Position numbers and translations under genes: made by a program. 64,000 bases of DNA, from positions 254 to 64,253 of the forward strand of contig DAOUDJ010000116.1 of assembly GCA_034430795.1 (NCBI GenBank). Reading direction: 5' to 3'. Under the pieces are notes generated by a model that was not told where the DNA came from, ran no database searches, and worked only from the letters and a program-made list of their open reading frames with translations. Below, in pieces: positions 48,606-58,740 of this stretch; the first letter of the stretch is position 1, and the number at the start of each line of letters is the position of its first letter. The stretch is from Anaerolineales bacterium. GTDB lineage: Bacteria > Chloroflexota > Anaerolineae > Anaerolineales > E44-bin32.

Positions 48606-50090
48606 TTAATAAGGATTGCCGTCTATATGTAATGGAGAAGCCGATCGCTTTTCGGAATTTTCTACCGTCAACCGGTCAAGAACCAGGATAACACCCAAGA
48701 AGAGCCAGGTCGGGACGATGTAGTCAAAGCCGGCAATGGTTTGCGTGTATGCGAACGGAAAAAGCCAGTCACCGAACATCATGATCACGATGGAGCCTGT
48801 CAGACCTGCCAAAGCTGCATTCGCCAGGCTTTCCTCGAGGTTCCCCGCACCACGCAATCTCCGATGCAAGCGAATGCCGATCTGAATCAAGGCCACAAAC
48901 ATCCAGCAAAGAAAACCCAATCCCAGGACACCCGTCTGGGCGATGACATCGATGAAGTTGTTATGTGTCGCCATGGCCCGGGTTGGGTTGTACGTCATGT
49001 AATAGGCTGCATACCCTGCCGGGCCTGTCCCTAGAAGGATATGCTCCTTCGTCACCGTCCAATTAACCCTCCATGCATCTAAACGCGTGAAGAGACTTTC
49101 TTCAGCTTCCTGCTGAATAAATGTGCCCAAGTAAAATTCCTGGTTCGGTCCGATCAGGAGGAAAAGAATAACTAGGATTACCAGCAGTGCACGCCAAGAG
49201 CGCATGAAGCTCAAGACGCATATGGCGACGAAACTCGGGAGCCATCCGGCAATCCATTGAAGATTAAGAACAAACCCACGGTAAATCCACCAGCCAGCCA
49301 GCGCGAACAATCCCAAACGAATACTCCACGGCAACCGCCGCTGGAAAACCGCCAAGCTAGCTGAGATGGCGATGATCCACATACTCACAAGGCCGTCGGT
49401 ATTTACTGGAAGGGGTAGGCTAAATCGATCCACCAGGAATCCCGCGATCCCAGCAACGATTGTTAAGCCAGCCATCCAGCGAAGCTGTTTTAGGTTCTCA
49501 ATCTGATTTGCGACCAGAAGCAATGCCAGAGGGAGCATCACCATCACAACCGTGGATGCAATCTGGACGAGGAGAAAACGATCCCATATATAGACATGAG
49601 GGTCACGGAAAAGGATGCTCCATAGGAGTGAGACGATGGTGATAGCTACAAACCCCAGCAGTGGCAGATTGACCGGTGAGGGGTATAGCCATTTTTTTTC
49701 ATGGAGGATAACCTTCCTGATGATCCAAACACCTACGAATGCAATGGTGAGTGCCAGGCTATCGACGATAGGGCTTTCAGAGCCCGTTGAAATACGGAAC
49801 GGAAGGAAGTATGCTGCGATGAGAATCAGGACAGGCGCCGAGCTATCGCCTCGGTCGATGAAGTAAACGAACATCGTTAATGTGAGCAGCACCAAAGGGA
49901 GAACGGCCGATCTGTATACACCTTCCAGACTTTGCATGCTGGCCAAGGCCACAAAGACGCCTCCTATGGCAGCTGTGAGCAGCGCCCAAAGGAGGACACC
50001 CGCGCGCCAAAACCTAACACCCTTGATAGCCTGGAATAAACTCATTGTCATATCACCACGCGTATATGAAACCGGATTATTCCATAGCAC
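48606..50090 (-). CDS. O-antigen ligase / Wzy_C family protein (polymerase, ligase or O-oligosaccharyltransferase)
   Basis: About 12 TMs and a large late loop with R..AW, LGTGPAGY and ATHNNFIDVIAQTGVLG. Confidence 0.8.
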   Translation of the reverse strand: MLWNNPVSYTRGDMTMSLFQAIKGVRFWRAGVLLWALLTAAIGGVFVALASMQSLEGVYRSAVLPLVLLTLTMFVYFIDRGDSSAPVLILIAAYFLPFRISTGSESPIVDSLALTIAFVGVWIIRKVILHEKKWLYPSPVNLPLLGFVAITIVSLLWSILFRDPHVYIWDRFLLVQIASTVVMVMLPLALLLVANQIENLKQLRWMAGLTIVAGIAGFLVDRFSLPLPVNTDGLVSMWIIAISASLAVFQRRLPWSIRLGLFALAGWWIYRGFVLNLQWIAGWLPSFVAICVLSFMRSWRALLVILVILFLLIGPNQEFYLGTFIQQEAEESLFTRLDAWRVNWTVTKEHILLGTGPAGYAAYYMTYNPTRAMATHNNFIDVIAQTGVLGLGFLCWMFVALIQIGIRLHRRLRGAGNLEESLANAALAGLTGSIVIMMFGDWLFPFAYTQTIAGFDYIVPTWLFLGVILVLDRLTVENSEKRSASPLHIDGNPY

Positions 50091-50096
50091 CTGGAA

Positions 50097-51299
50097 CTAT
50101 GGAGTGGATTTCGATTGGGCAAGATCGAGAACCAGACGGTTAAACTGGGGGCCAATCCTCTCCCAATCGTAGCTTCGGACAGAAATCTTTCCGGCCATAC
50201 TCAATGCCTGACGAAGTTCGGGTTGCTCGAAGACGTCGATCACATACCTACCGAACTGTTGTGGAGAGTCGGCGATCAGCATTCCATCTCCGGACTGAAT
50301 AGCAAGTCCTTGTGCGCCTTTTCTCGTGGCAATCACCGGGGTACCCATCGCCAACGACTCAAGAATCTTCAAGCGCGTCCCACCGCCGATTCGTAGTGGC
50401 ACCACGCTCACCCAGCTCTTGGCGATGATCGGACGGACATCTTCCAGATAGCCTGTGAATTCCACGTGCTCAGAAGCTGGGAGCTCGTCCAGATCGACGC
50501 CCTGTAGCGCACCGGTAACACGAAGTATGGCTTGGGGGTACGCATCCAGGATTTGAGGGAAGATTTCTTCCAGGAAGAAACCGACGGCATCGAAATTCGC
50601 GTCATAGGTGAGTGATCCACAATACAAGAGCGCATGCGCCTGGGCCCTAGATTCCAGAGCCCGGTAATGGGCGAGATCAATCCCGTTCGGAACCACTTCA
50701 AGGCGGTGGCCATCAGGCGTAACGTGCTGGACAACCTGTTTCTCGTCCTCTGATACTACTGTGGAGGCGGCATAGCCTTCCAAGATCCTCCGGTAGTATC
50801 GCGCTGCCTTCCACCAGGTTAGTCCTGGCCGTATGCGACGTGTGAGTGCATGCTCGTGAGCATAGGCTTCGTAGAACGTGGATAATTCCAGTTCTTCCAA
50901 GATTGCGGTGGGATGCTCAATGCCATCCAGATAGTCAGCCATGTCCCGCTGAGAGGCGATCACGAGGTCATAACCATCTCCTGACAGTGCATACTTCACC
51001 CGTTGGGCCATGTCCTTGTTATGGGTGGCGACCACAGACCGCGGCTTGGAATTGAAGAAACCCAGGATGGCCTGAAATGTAGATGGACGGAAGGGCTGGT
51101 AGGGCACAACCCCGATCGTATGGCAATCACGCAGCCCCATTTCTAGCATCTCAGGCTGCGCCGGGGCCGAATGAAAGGCGAGCAAATCGATGATAGCGAT
51201 ACGCGAGAGGTAGCGAATCAAATTGTAGATTCGCAAACGCGCCCCATTATCGGGTGGGTATGGGAACCAACGCGAAAGGTAAAGAATTTTCATATTCAA
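50097..51299 (-). CDS. GT4 glycosyltransferase
   Basis: PYPPDNG, VVPNGID, GSLTYDAN and GGGTRLKILESLAMGTPVIAT. Confidence 0.9.
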   Translation of the reverse strand: MNMKILYLSRWFPYPPDNGARLRIYNLIRYLSRIAIIDLLAFHSAPAQPEMLEMGLRDCHTIGVVPYQPFRPSTFQAILGFFNSKPRSVVATHNKDMAQRVKYALSGDGYDLVIASQRDMADYLDGIEHPTAILEELELSTFYEAYAHEHALTRRIRPGLTWWKAARYYRRILEGYAASTVVSEDEKQVVQHVTPDGHRLEVVPNGIDLAHYRALESRAQAHALLYCGSLTYDANFDAVGFFLEEIFPQILDAYPQAILRVTGALQGVDLDELPASEHVEFTGYLEDVRPIIAKSWVSVVPLRIGGGTRLKILESLAMGTPVIATRKGAQGLAIQSGDGMLIADSPQQFGRYVIDVFEQPELRQALSMAGKISVRSYDWERIGPQFNRLVLDLAQSKSTP

Positions 51300-51302
51300 C
51301 TC

Positions 51303-52265
51303 TCAGACACGCTGATGGTTCTCGTCCATCTGGCCAAATCGTCCGGAGAAGTAATCAAGGATCGCTCTCAGCATAACGGATCGCATAGGCCGCTGTGAAC
51401 GCCATTTGGGACGCAGACTCCAGCTCAGGAGCGTGCGCGCATAATCCAGCAGGAGCGTATGGACCCATGCCCGAATGCCGAGTTTCGCCGAGTGCAGGAA
51501 CAGCAATCGATTGCGGGTCATATAGTAATGTACGAGAGGTGATGCGGCACGTCTCTCGGCAGAGATTTTATGCCAGACTTTGCTCATAGGGATATGGCAA
51601 ACCTTATAACCGGCAGCAAGTGTTCGAGAACACCATTCAACTTCCTCGTAGTAAAGAAAAAACCTAGGATCCAACATGCCCACAGATTCCAAAATGCTCA
51701 TGCGGACCATCAAAGCACAACCTGTGACGAAATCCACTTCCCGGCATTGTGCTCGATATTGATCAACATCGATTTCATCGATCCCGATCATCTCGGCCTT
51801 TCCAATACTCCAATCGATCCTCCCCCCCGCGGACCAGATCCTATCCGGCTCATCATAGTAGTAGATTGTAGGACCAAGCATCGCCACCGCCGGATCTGAT
51901 TCCGCAGCTTCAACGAGCTTGGTCAGGAAATCGGGTGCCACTTCGGTATCATTGTTGAGCAACAACGTGTAGTCCTCGCCTTGCTGCAACGCGTGCTGCA
52001 GGCCGATGTTATTCCCCTCAGTAAATCCCAAATTCGTTTCATTAAGAATGATCGGAGTGCTAGGGAACGCTTCGCGAATGGCTTGGACTGAATCCGATTC
52101 CGACCCATTATCAACAATGAGTACCTCGAAATTTGGGTATTCGAGTTTTTCCAACGAACGCAGACACGCAAGCGTGTCCTGTTCACCATTGAAGTTCAGC
52201 AGAAGGATTAAGACACTGGGAGTATGGGACACCGGATCGTTTCCTGATCGATTCAAATCGACCAC
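51303..52265 (-). CDS. GT2 glycosyltransferase
   Basis: LLNFNG, VDNGS, NLGFTEGNN, LLNND and FFLYYEEVEWC. Confidence 0.9.
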   Translation of the reverse strand: MVDLNRSGNDPVSHTPSVLILLLNFNGEQDTLACLRSLEKLEYPNFEVLIVDNGSESDSVQAIREAFPSTPIILNETNLGFTEGNNIGLQHALQQGEDYTLLLNNDTEVAPDFLTKLVEAAESDPAVAMLGPTIYYYDEPDRIWSAGGRIDWSIGKAEMIGIDEIDVDQYRAQCREVDFVTGCALMVRMSILESVGMLDPRFFLYYEEVEWCSRTLAAGYKVCHIPMSKVWHKISAERRAASPLVHYYMTRNRLLFLHSAKLGIRAWVHTLLLDYARTLLSWSLRPKWRSQRPMRSVMLRAILDYFSGRFGQMDENHQRV

Positions 52266-52413
52266 CTCGAAATAAATCTTTTACCAAATTGAGATTCATA
52301 CAGCAGTGGAGGCAAGAATGACTTACATCCCTAAATTGCACATCTAGCAAATGGAAGAGAAGGGCCGTCGTGGGTGAGCGGAGACATACTTAGATTTCTT
52401 GTTTATAGCAGGC

Positions 52414-53718
52414 TCATTCTTTTACGCAGACATTGCAGTAGATCGTTTCAAGATCGTCGATCTCTGTTCTTTGAGACCGTAGAGGTAAAATTCCATCCTG
52501 CAGAGAAGCCAATATCTCGGGATGATTAATCAGCTCCTTGATTTTTTCAGCTAAATGTTCTGCATCTCCAACCTCGAATACGAAACCATTTTGACCATCC
52601 ACGATCAGTTCAGCCATCCCTCCGAGATTCGAGGCAATAACTGGCGTCTTAAGAGCGAATGCTTCAAGGATGACGTTGGGACTGTTCTCATACCAGACTG
52701 AAGGGACGATGAGAACATCGATGGACTCGTGGATCTTGGAGAGATCATCTGGCTGAAATCTTCCACGGAATTCGATCCGGCGATCATTAACTGCGCTATT
52801 TATTAATTTTCTTGAATATCTTTCGGCCACATTTAGATTGCCATAGATCTTCACATCAATGTCATCATTCTTAATGTATGAAAGCGCTTCAATCAGGACA
52901 TGAAGCCCTTTGTGTTCAGTAATGCCACCAATATACGCCAGGCGCAATTTATCGGAATAAGTTTTACTCAACTCACGGTCTGACAGATGCAGGAAATCGC
53001 AGCCCTGTCGCGAGAAGTCAATCCGTTCAGGATCCACGCCTGCCTCAATATACACGGACCGAAGAAACTTCGATGGACTGAGTAGCTTATTTGTTTGATT
53101 GAGGGTCTCTATAAGGAAAGACTGTCTTTTTTCAATTTCCGAGACTTCTCCAGTCCGAAGACGCCAATAGAAATCGCTCAGGCTCGGAAACACTTTTCCC
53201 GGCCAGCGATAACGGCGCTTTTCTTCATGCAAACACCGTACACAACGACTGGCTTCTATCGGTAGGGTCGAGATTTCCCCATTGGAACGCAGCATTGTTA
53301 TGCGAGGACACAGAAACCAGAAATCGGTCAGCGAAACGACCGTCGGAACTTTTAGTGATTGCGCTATACGGAGGGGGCTTGCCGTGATGAGATAACCGCT
53401 CATGAGATGGAAGAGATCGGGAGCCTCTGTCCTCATCAGTTGAAGAAAGTGCTCACCAATCCAGCGATTGTCGTACTCCCACATGCGTTTATTGGGAGCG
53501 GACTCAAGATCGAAGAATAATCTCCGGATCGGAACCCCTCTGTAGATTTCGTTCTTGTAGAAAAGACCCGTCGAGGCTGGTTGTTGAATGTTTTCAACAC
53601 TTACAACCTGCACATCGTGCCCGCGATCGATGAGCTCACGCGCGGTGCGGTAGGCTCGATTCTCAGCTCCCCCAGTGTATTCGGGCGGGAAATGATGTAG
53701 ACCTAAAAAAATTTTCAA
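52414..53718 (-). CDS. GT4 glycosyltransferase with a Cys-containing insertion
   Basis: HHFPP..TGGAE, DFWFLCPR...CVRC, HKGLHVL and PSVWYENSPNVILEA. Paralog of 59565-60863. Confidence 0.9.
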   Translation of the reverse strand: MKIFLGLHHFPPEYTGGAENRAYRTARELIDRGHDVQVVSVENIQQPASTGLFYKNEIYRGVPIRRLFFDLESAPNKRMWEYDNRWIGEHFLQLMRTEAPDLFHLMSGYLITASPLRIAQSLKVPTVVSLTDFWFLCPRITMLRSNGEISTLPIEASRCVRCLHEEKRRYRWPGKVFPSLSDFYWRLRTGEVSEIEKRQSFLIETLNQTNKLLSPSKFLRSVYIEAGVDPERIDFSRQGCDFLHLSDRELSKTYSDKLRLAYIGGITEHKGLHVLIEALSYIKNDDIDVKIYGNLNVAERYSRKLINSAVNDRRIEFRGRFQPDDLSKIHESIDVLIVPSVWYENSPNVILEAFALKTPVIASNLGGMAELIVDGQNGFVFEVGDAEHLAEKIKELINHPEILASLQDGILPLRSQRTEIDDLETIYCNVCVKE

Positions 53719-53740
53719 AGCAATTCTCTTTTAGCTCTCT

Positions 53741-55228
53741 TTAAGAACCCAGCCGACCTGGCTGCGAAAGAAGCTTGAGTCGTTTGAACGCCTTACGAGC
53801 GAACTTACGTTCCTCCTCATCAAACACTCGCAGGACGAGGCTTGATATCAGATAAGCGAACGCTCCCAGAAGAATGACCAACAAGACATGCCACGAACGC
53901 ATCCACCAGACGATCAAGCTCATGCCCCCGGAAGCGATCAGGACCTTGATGCCAATCCTCCGCATGCTAGGGAGATCTAACTTTCGGCTGAGCAACAGAT
54001 AAAACTGAATCGCGCCAATCACATCCGTTGCGACAGTTACAATCGCGGCGCCCACCAATCCATATCTCGGTATCGCGTAGAGATTTAAGAGCACATTCGC
54101 CGTCGTGTTAATGGTATAGATTCTGGCGGCGGACCGCTCCTCACGGATAATTATCGAAATATTCCCACAGAAGGCACTGAAGATCAGGAAGGGCACATCC
54201 CAGATGAGGATCTGCAACGCGATTGCTGAAGGTAAGAATTCATCAGAGTAGAGAAAGCGTATCAACGGGAATGCCAGTATTGCCCCTCCAAACGCGATTG
54301 GAGTCGAAAGCATTAGAATGACCCGCACAGATCGGTAGAACCATAATCGAACGACTTCAGGATCGGTCTCAAAAGCGCGGGTCAATGATGGAACGATAGC
54401 CTCTTTAAAGCCTTGGAAGAGAAAGTTGATAGAAAATACCAGGCTGTAGGCGACGTTATACCAACCGACGACGTAATTGGGTTCGAACTTGGACAGGATG
54501 ACGGTGTCGATCCCGAAAGCTATCGTGAGCATCAAGGTGTTGATGCCAAACGGCAGGCTCGACATGAGCATCCGGCCCCACAAACGTGGAGTAATCTCGA
54601 TCTCAAGCAGCTTCCAGTCCAACCGCCTGATCAGGATGAATGCCAGGCCAATCTGAAAGGGGAGTTGAAGCAACGCACCGACCAACAGCCAGATGAAGCC
54701 GCCTCCCGCAAACAAGGCTACCGCGGAAAAGAGCATGAAAACCACACGCCCAAGGATATTAATGGTCGTCACATAGCCGAAACGCGCTTCTGCAGTGAAC
54801 AAGGAAAGTAAAGGTTGGAGTACGGCCGCAAAAAGGAAAGTTGTTGTGTAGATAAAAATACCCAGGAGAACTTCGCCAGTGTACCCGAAGACTTTTCCTG
54901 CTGCCGTTATTAAAAATATCCCGACTAGAGCCAGCAACAATCGAAGGGTAATTAAATTTCCGAGATATTTGCGAATGTTGGCCCGGTCGCGTGCCATCTC
55001 CCGCATGGAGAAGTGGGTGAGTCCGAGTTCCGCGAAGATCGATGCAACACCCACGAATCCAAGGACGATCGAATACTGCCCATATTGCGAATCCCCAAGT
55101 GTTCGAATCACGTATACAGAAAACAGAAAGGCGAAACCCTTTAGAAGATAATTACCAGACGAGAGGATCGCGCTATTCTTAAGTATCGTATTTCTGAGAT
55201 TAATTGATTTGGAATAATCAATGGTCAT
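53741..55228 (-). CDS. wzx: Polysaccharide flippase
   Basis: RTLGDSQYGQY, ELGL, SSLPFG, DTVILS and VGWYNVA; about 14 TMs. Confidence 0.9.
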   Translation of the reverse strand: MTIDYSKSINLRNTILKNSAILSSGNYLLKGFAFLFSVYVIRTLGDSQYGQYSIVLGFVGVASIFAELGLTHFSMREMARDRANIRKYLGNLITLRLLLALVGIFLITAAGKVFGYTGEVLLGIFIYTTTFLFAAVLQPLLSLFTAEARFGYVTTINILGRVVFMLFSAVALFAGGGFIWLLVGALLQLPFQIGLAFILIRRLDWKLLEIEITPRLWGRMLMSSLPFGINTLMLTIAFGIDTVILSKFEPNYVVGWYNVAYSLVFSINFLFQGFKEAIVPSLTRAFETDPEVVRLWFYRSVRVILMLSTPIAFGGAILAFPLIRFLYSDEFLPSAIALQILIWDVPFLIFSAFCGNISIIIREERSAARIYTINTTANVLLNLYAIPRYGLVGAAIVTVATDVIGAIQFYLLLSRKLDLPSMRRIGIKVLIASGGMSLIVWWMRSWHVLLVILLGAFAYLISSLVLRVFDEEERKFARKAFKRLKLLSQPGRLGS

Positions 55229-55300
55229 AGTTGGGTATTATCAATCTGAAAGAAGATCAGGAAGAAGTAACGCCAGGCTATCAATTATTGATTCGAGGAT

Positions 55301-56767
55301 TTAGGAAATATCTGGCCAAGCCTTATTTTTCCATTCCTGGATCAGTTCTCTTGCCCATAACGGAGTGTCACCAATCACTCCAGATGTGATTCTATCCAGA
55401 GCAGTAAGATACAGCTCTCGATGTGCAAGTGTGTCAAGTCGGTTACGAAAAACCGAAGCCCCTCTCACCTCTTCATAAGTCAATGGCCTTGGATTACGTG
55501 CCTTTTCCCTGGTTTCCCTAGGATCAAGATAATGAATTACTCGCCATAAAATTGAACGGACGATACGCTGAATGCCACTCCTCAGCTTCAAACGATTCGC
55601 TTTAACCTTGAGAATAGAAAGCATCATCCTTCTTGGGCTCACCAAGGGTATAAGGCAAATAGCCAATTCATCCATGCGCTCCTTGGCAAACCAATAGTCA
55701 GAATAAGCGTGCCACACAGATTCGAATGCTGAATCATCGTTGATAAGAGCGCTTAGTGTTGTCATTTCAACGGAAAACTCGTGCAGCTCATCTCCTTCTA
55801 TCCGCCGGAGACCTTCCTTTGATATCTTATAGGGGACCAGCTCCAAAGACGTGAGATGGTGGTTAGCTATGCTTATTTTTAAAAGAAACCCTGTTGATTG
55901 ATAGATCGATCCAAAATTGCTTTCGAACAAGAAGTTGCCAAGACTGTACAATATTGGTGAGTTCTTGAAAATCTCAATACCTTGAGGTACATGAGGGTGA
56001 TGAGCAACAACAATATCGGCACCATAATCAACGAACGATCGGTACAAATCACGGATGTAGGGAGCAGGTACCGGCAAATATTCACGCCCTGCATGGGCTA
56101 TCACGATGACGAGATCGCAAGCGTTATTTGCCTGCGAAATTGATTCTAATATTTTAACAGATGCGATTGAATCCGTTCTTGAATCGGCTTGTTGTGAATA
56201 TGCTTCTTCTCCTTCCGCAATGTTAAACAGGGCTACATTTGCATTCCCCAGTCTAAATTCCTTGTAGCCATTTTGTTCATCGGAGAAGAAACGCCCACCT
56301 AATGCTGCAATCCCCGTTGTTCGCAATGTTTCGAGCGTATCTTCTACTCCGATAGATCCATAGTCATAAATGTGGTTATTAGCCAAGCAGACGACATGAA
56401 ATGGGACACAGGAAAGTTTATCTACGTCCTTTGGCACCAAGTTCAAGGAGGGGCCATCCTTTTTAATGGGAACTGCCTCGCGACGCAAAAATACACTCTC
56501 GAGGTTCGTAATAGCTAGATCCGTATCTCGCAGAACTGGAAGTAAATCACCGTATAGAAGGTGCTCATAATTCTTTCTTACCTTGAAAGTCGAACCAGCA
56601 GGACCCCAATCTCCCGTAATTACAACCGAACTCTGAGTCTGTCGCCTCCGTTCAGGATCCAGAAGGACTTCAATGCATCCTTTTTCCAGATCCAGCTTAA
56701 GACTTGAGCTAGCCCGCGCTAAGAGTTCTGGTGGAACGAGACTTGTAGATCGAAATGACATATTCAC
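55301..56767 (-). CDS. CapA/PGA_cap family metallophosphoesterase-fold protein
   Basis: TGDW, TNLES, LANNHIYDYG, IAHAGRE, AHHPHVPQG and YSLGNFLF. Confidence 0.82.
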   Translation of the reverse strand: MNMSFRSTSLVPPELLARASSSLKLDLEKGCIEVLLDPERRRQTQSSVVITGDWGPAGSTFKVRKNYEHLLYGDLLPVLRDTDLAITNLESVFLRREAVPIKKDGPSLNLVPKDVDKLSCVPFHVVCLANNHIYDYGSIGVEDTLETLRTTGIAALGGRFFSDEQNGYKEFRLGNANVALFNIAEGEEAYSQQADSRTDSIASVKILESISQANNACDLVIVIAHAGREYLPVPAPYIRDLYRSFVDYGADIVVAHHPHVPQGIEIFKNSPILYSLGNFLFESNFGSIYQSTGFLLKISIANHHLTSLELVPYKISKEGLRRIEGDELHEFSVEMTTLSALINDDSAFESVWHAYSDYWFAKERMDELAICLIPLVSPRRMMLSILKVKANRLKLRSGIQRIVRSILWRVIHYLDPRETREKARNPRPLTYEEVRGASVFRNRLDTLAHRELYLTALDRITSGVIGDTPLWARELIQEWKNKAWPDIS

Positions 56768-56820
56768 CTTAAAACCTTAATGATAGCTCAAGAAGGATTA
56801 ATGAAGACAGCAAGTTGAAA

Positions 56821-58671
56821 TTAATCAACGAATCGTCTTAGCATCATTTCATATGTAATCAGTGACGCAATTTTGCCAATCGTCCACTGTTCGAGGCCTG
56901 AACAATGACGAGCCATTAGACTACGCAGAAATGCCTGATTAAAGATGCCACGGTTCGCGGTGCGAGGATCGAAGAGGACCCCCTCAGCCCATGATCGCAA
57001 ATCCTTTCGTAAATAATCTTCATAGTCTGCATAGAGCGTGGGCCGTTCGGTAAAGACCGGCAGAATGTGCTTGTTGATGCGGCGCTTCAACCTAACGCCA
57101 AAAGCATGTGTTTTTCGAAGTAGATTGTCTGGCATGGGCAATAATTCATCGTGATCGTATGGAATCAAGGACAATTCAGGGGTTTCACTCTTTATGATGG
57201 CCCTAAAGAGGCGTTTGTCCACTCGGAGAATAGAAGGAATTGAATGCAAAAAAGAGAAGAGCTCGTAATCGAAATATGGAAAGCGTACCTCGATGTGTGA
57301 TCGATAGAACGTAACCATGTTGAAGGTTAAACGCTTACAATGATTGTCAATATAGAAATATTCACCACGAACATCATGACGATATCCTAAGTATTTTCCA
57401 ATCTCGTTTTTAAATGATTCGAAAGCCAATCCTTTTACCTTATTTCTGATGGATTCTTCGAAGAGCATATATTCTTCCGCCTCATTAATGGAAGGCCACG
57501 TAAAGTCTTGGTTGAATCTTTGATAAAGTCTCAAAATCAGCGCGCTGTCATCAACGGCCTCTGTCACTAGGGGCTCAATTAATACCCGACCGCCCATTAC
57601 TGTCCCCCCATCCCATCCGATTAAATTAATATCCATTTGAGAGCGGGCCACATCTAATGTATTCATGCCGTGCATGTGGATCAAACTGTGAAAGCCCTCC
57701 GTGAGTTCAAGATGAAGATCCACACAATCCTTGACCCAAGCGCCATCAGGCATATCTACCCAGGTATGATCACTACCGAGGGTGTTCGCAATCCTGCGCG
57801 CATAATAGACATCCCGACAATCCTCTTTGCCATAGGTGATGGATGGGACAGGTCTGCGATCGATTAGTCCCAAAATTGTTCTCGAATCCAACCCGCCACT
57901 GAGGTAAACACCGGGTTGATAAGGCCCACTACTTAATCGCCAAACTGCTTGCCTCAGGAGCCTTCCTGCTTCTTCCGATGCTTCGTTGAAGGTGATGTTG
58001 GGACAATATGGAATCTCTTCGAAAGACCAATATTGCTCAACCATTGAAGAACCTGATTCAACATCGAAAACCAAAACTGAAGCGTTTTCAAGGAGTTCCA
58101 ATTCTTCAAAGAAAGTTCTTGTTCCTAAAAGATGTTGAAAACGCACATATTGAGCGAGGGCTGTATGGTCTAACTGCTTTCCGAACGATTCATCGCAAAA
58201 AATCCCTTTCATCTCTGGCGAGAAGATCAATTTTCCAGCTCTGACAATGTAAAAAATTGGATATAAACCAAATCGATCATTTGTAACTACTACTTCCTTG
58301 GATCGGCTATCCCAAATCGCAATTACAAATGCACCATTGAGATATCGAGCGAAATCCTTCCCATATTTCAAATAGGCCGCCAGAGCTGCATCTTCTGTAG
58401 CATCAAATTCACCATTTATTGGCTTGCCATCAATCGCATAGATTTCACCAGACATGAACAGAACGACTTTCTCAGTTTCGTCAATGATCGGCTGTACCCG
58501 CTTATTAAAAATCCCGATGCCGATCCTTCCAATTGCGAGGCACGCTTTGGAGTCCTCATACCATTCGCAGACATACCAATCGCGGTGGGACATGACGTTC
58601 GCCATTTTTTGAACAACTTGGCGCGGATCGGTTTTATGGTTTAGGTCTACGATTCCAAAAACCCCGCTCAT
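56821..58671 (-). CDS. Asparagine synthetase-like ATP-dependent amide ligase (N-terminal Ser in place of Cys)
   Basis: MSGVFG, MSGEIY, LNGAF, NDRFGLYPIFY, FSPEMK and PP-loop YLSGGLDSR. Confidence 0.87.
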   Translation of the reverse strand: MSGVFGIVDLNHKTDPRQVVQKMANVMSHRDWYVCEWYEDSKACLAIGRIGIGIFNKRVQPIIDETEKVVLFMSGEIYAIDGKPINGEFDATEDAALAAYLKYGKDFARYLNGAFVIAIWDSRSKEVVVTNDRFGLYPIFYIVRAGKLIFSPEMKGIFCDESFGKQLDHTALAQYVRFQHLLGTRTFFEELELLENASVLVFDVESGSSMVEQYWSFEEIPYCPNITFNEASEEAGRLLRQAVWRLSSGPYQPGVYLSGGLDSRTILGLIDRRPVPSITYGKEDCRDVYYARRIANTLGSDHTWVDMPDGAWVKDCVDLHLELTEGFHSLIHMHGMNTLDVARSQMDINLIGWDGGTVMGGRVLIEPLVTEAVDDSALILRLYQRFNQDFTWPSINEAEEYMLFEESIRNKVKGLAFESFKNEIGKYLGYRHDVRGEYFYIDNHCKRLTFNMVTFYRSHIEVRFPYFDYELFSFLHSIPSILRVDKRLFRAIIKSETPELSLIPYDHDELLPMPDNLLRKTHAFGVRLKRRINKHILPVFTERPTLYADYEDYLRKDLRSWAEGVLFDPRTANRGIFNQAFLRSLMARHCSGLEQWTIGKIASLITYEMMLRRFVD

Positions 58672-58740
58672 GCCATTCTCTCGAGATAATAAATCATAAT
58701 CTTAGTTTCCAAATTGCAAACGAGGGATTTTCCGAAATAT

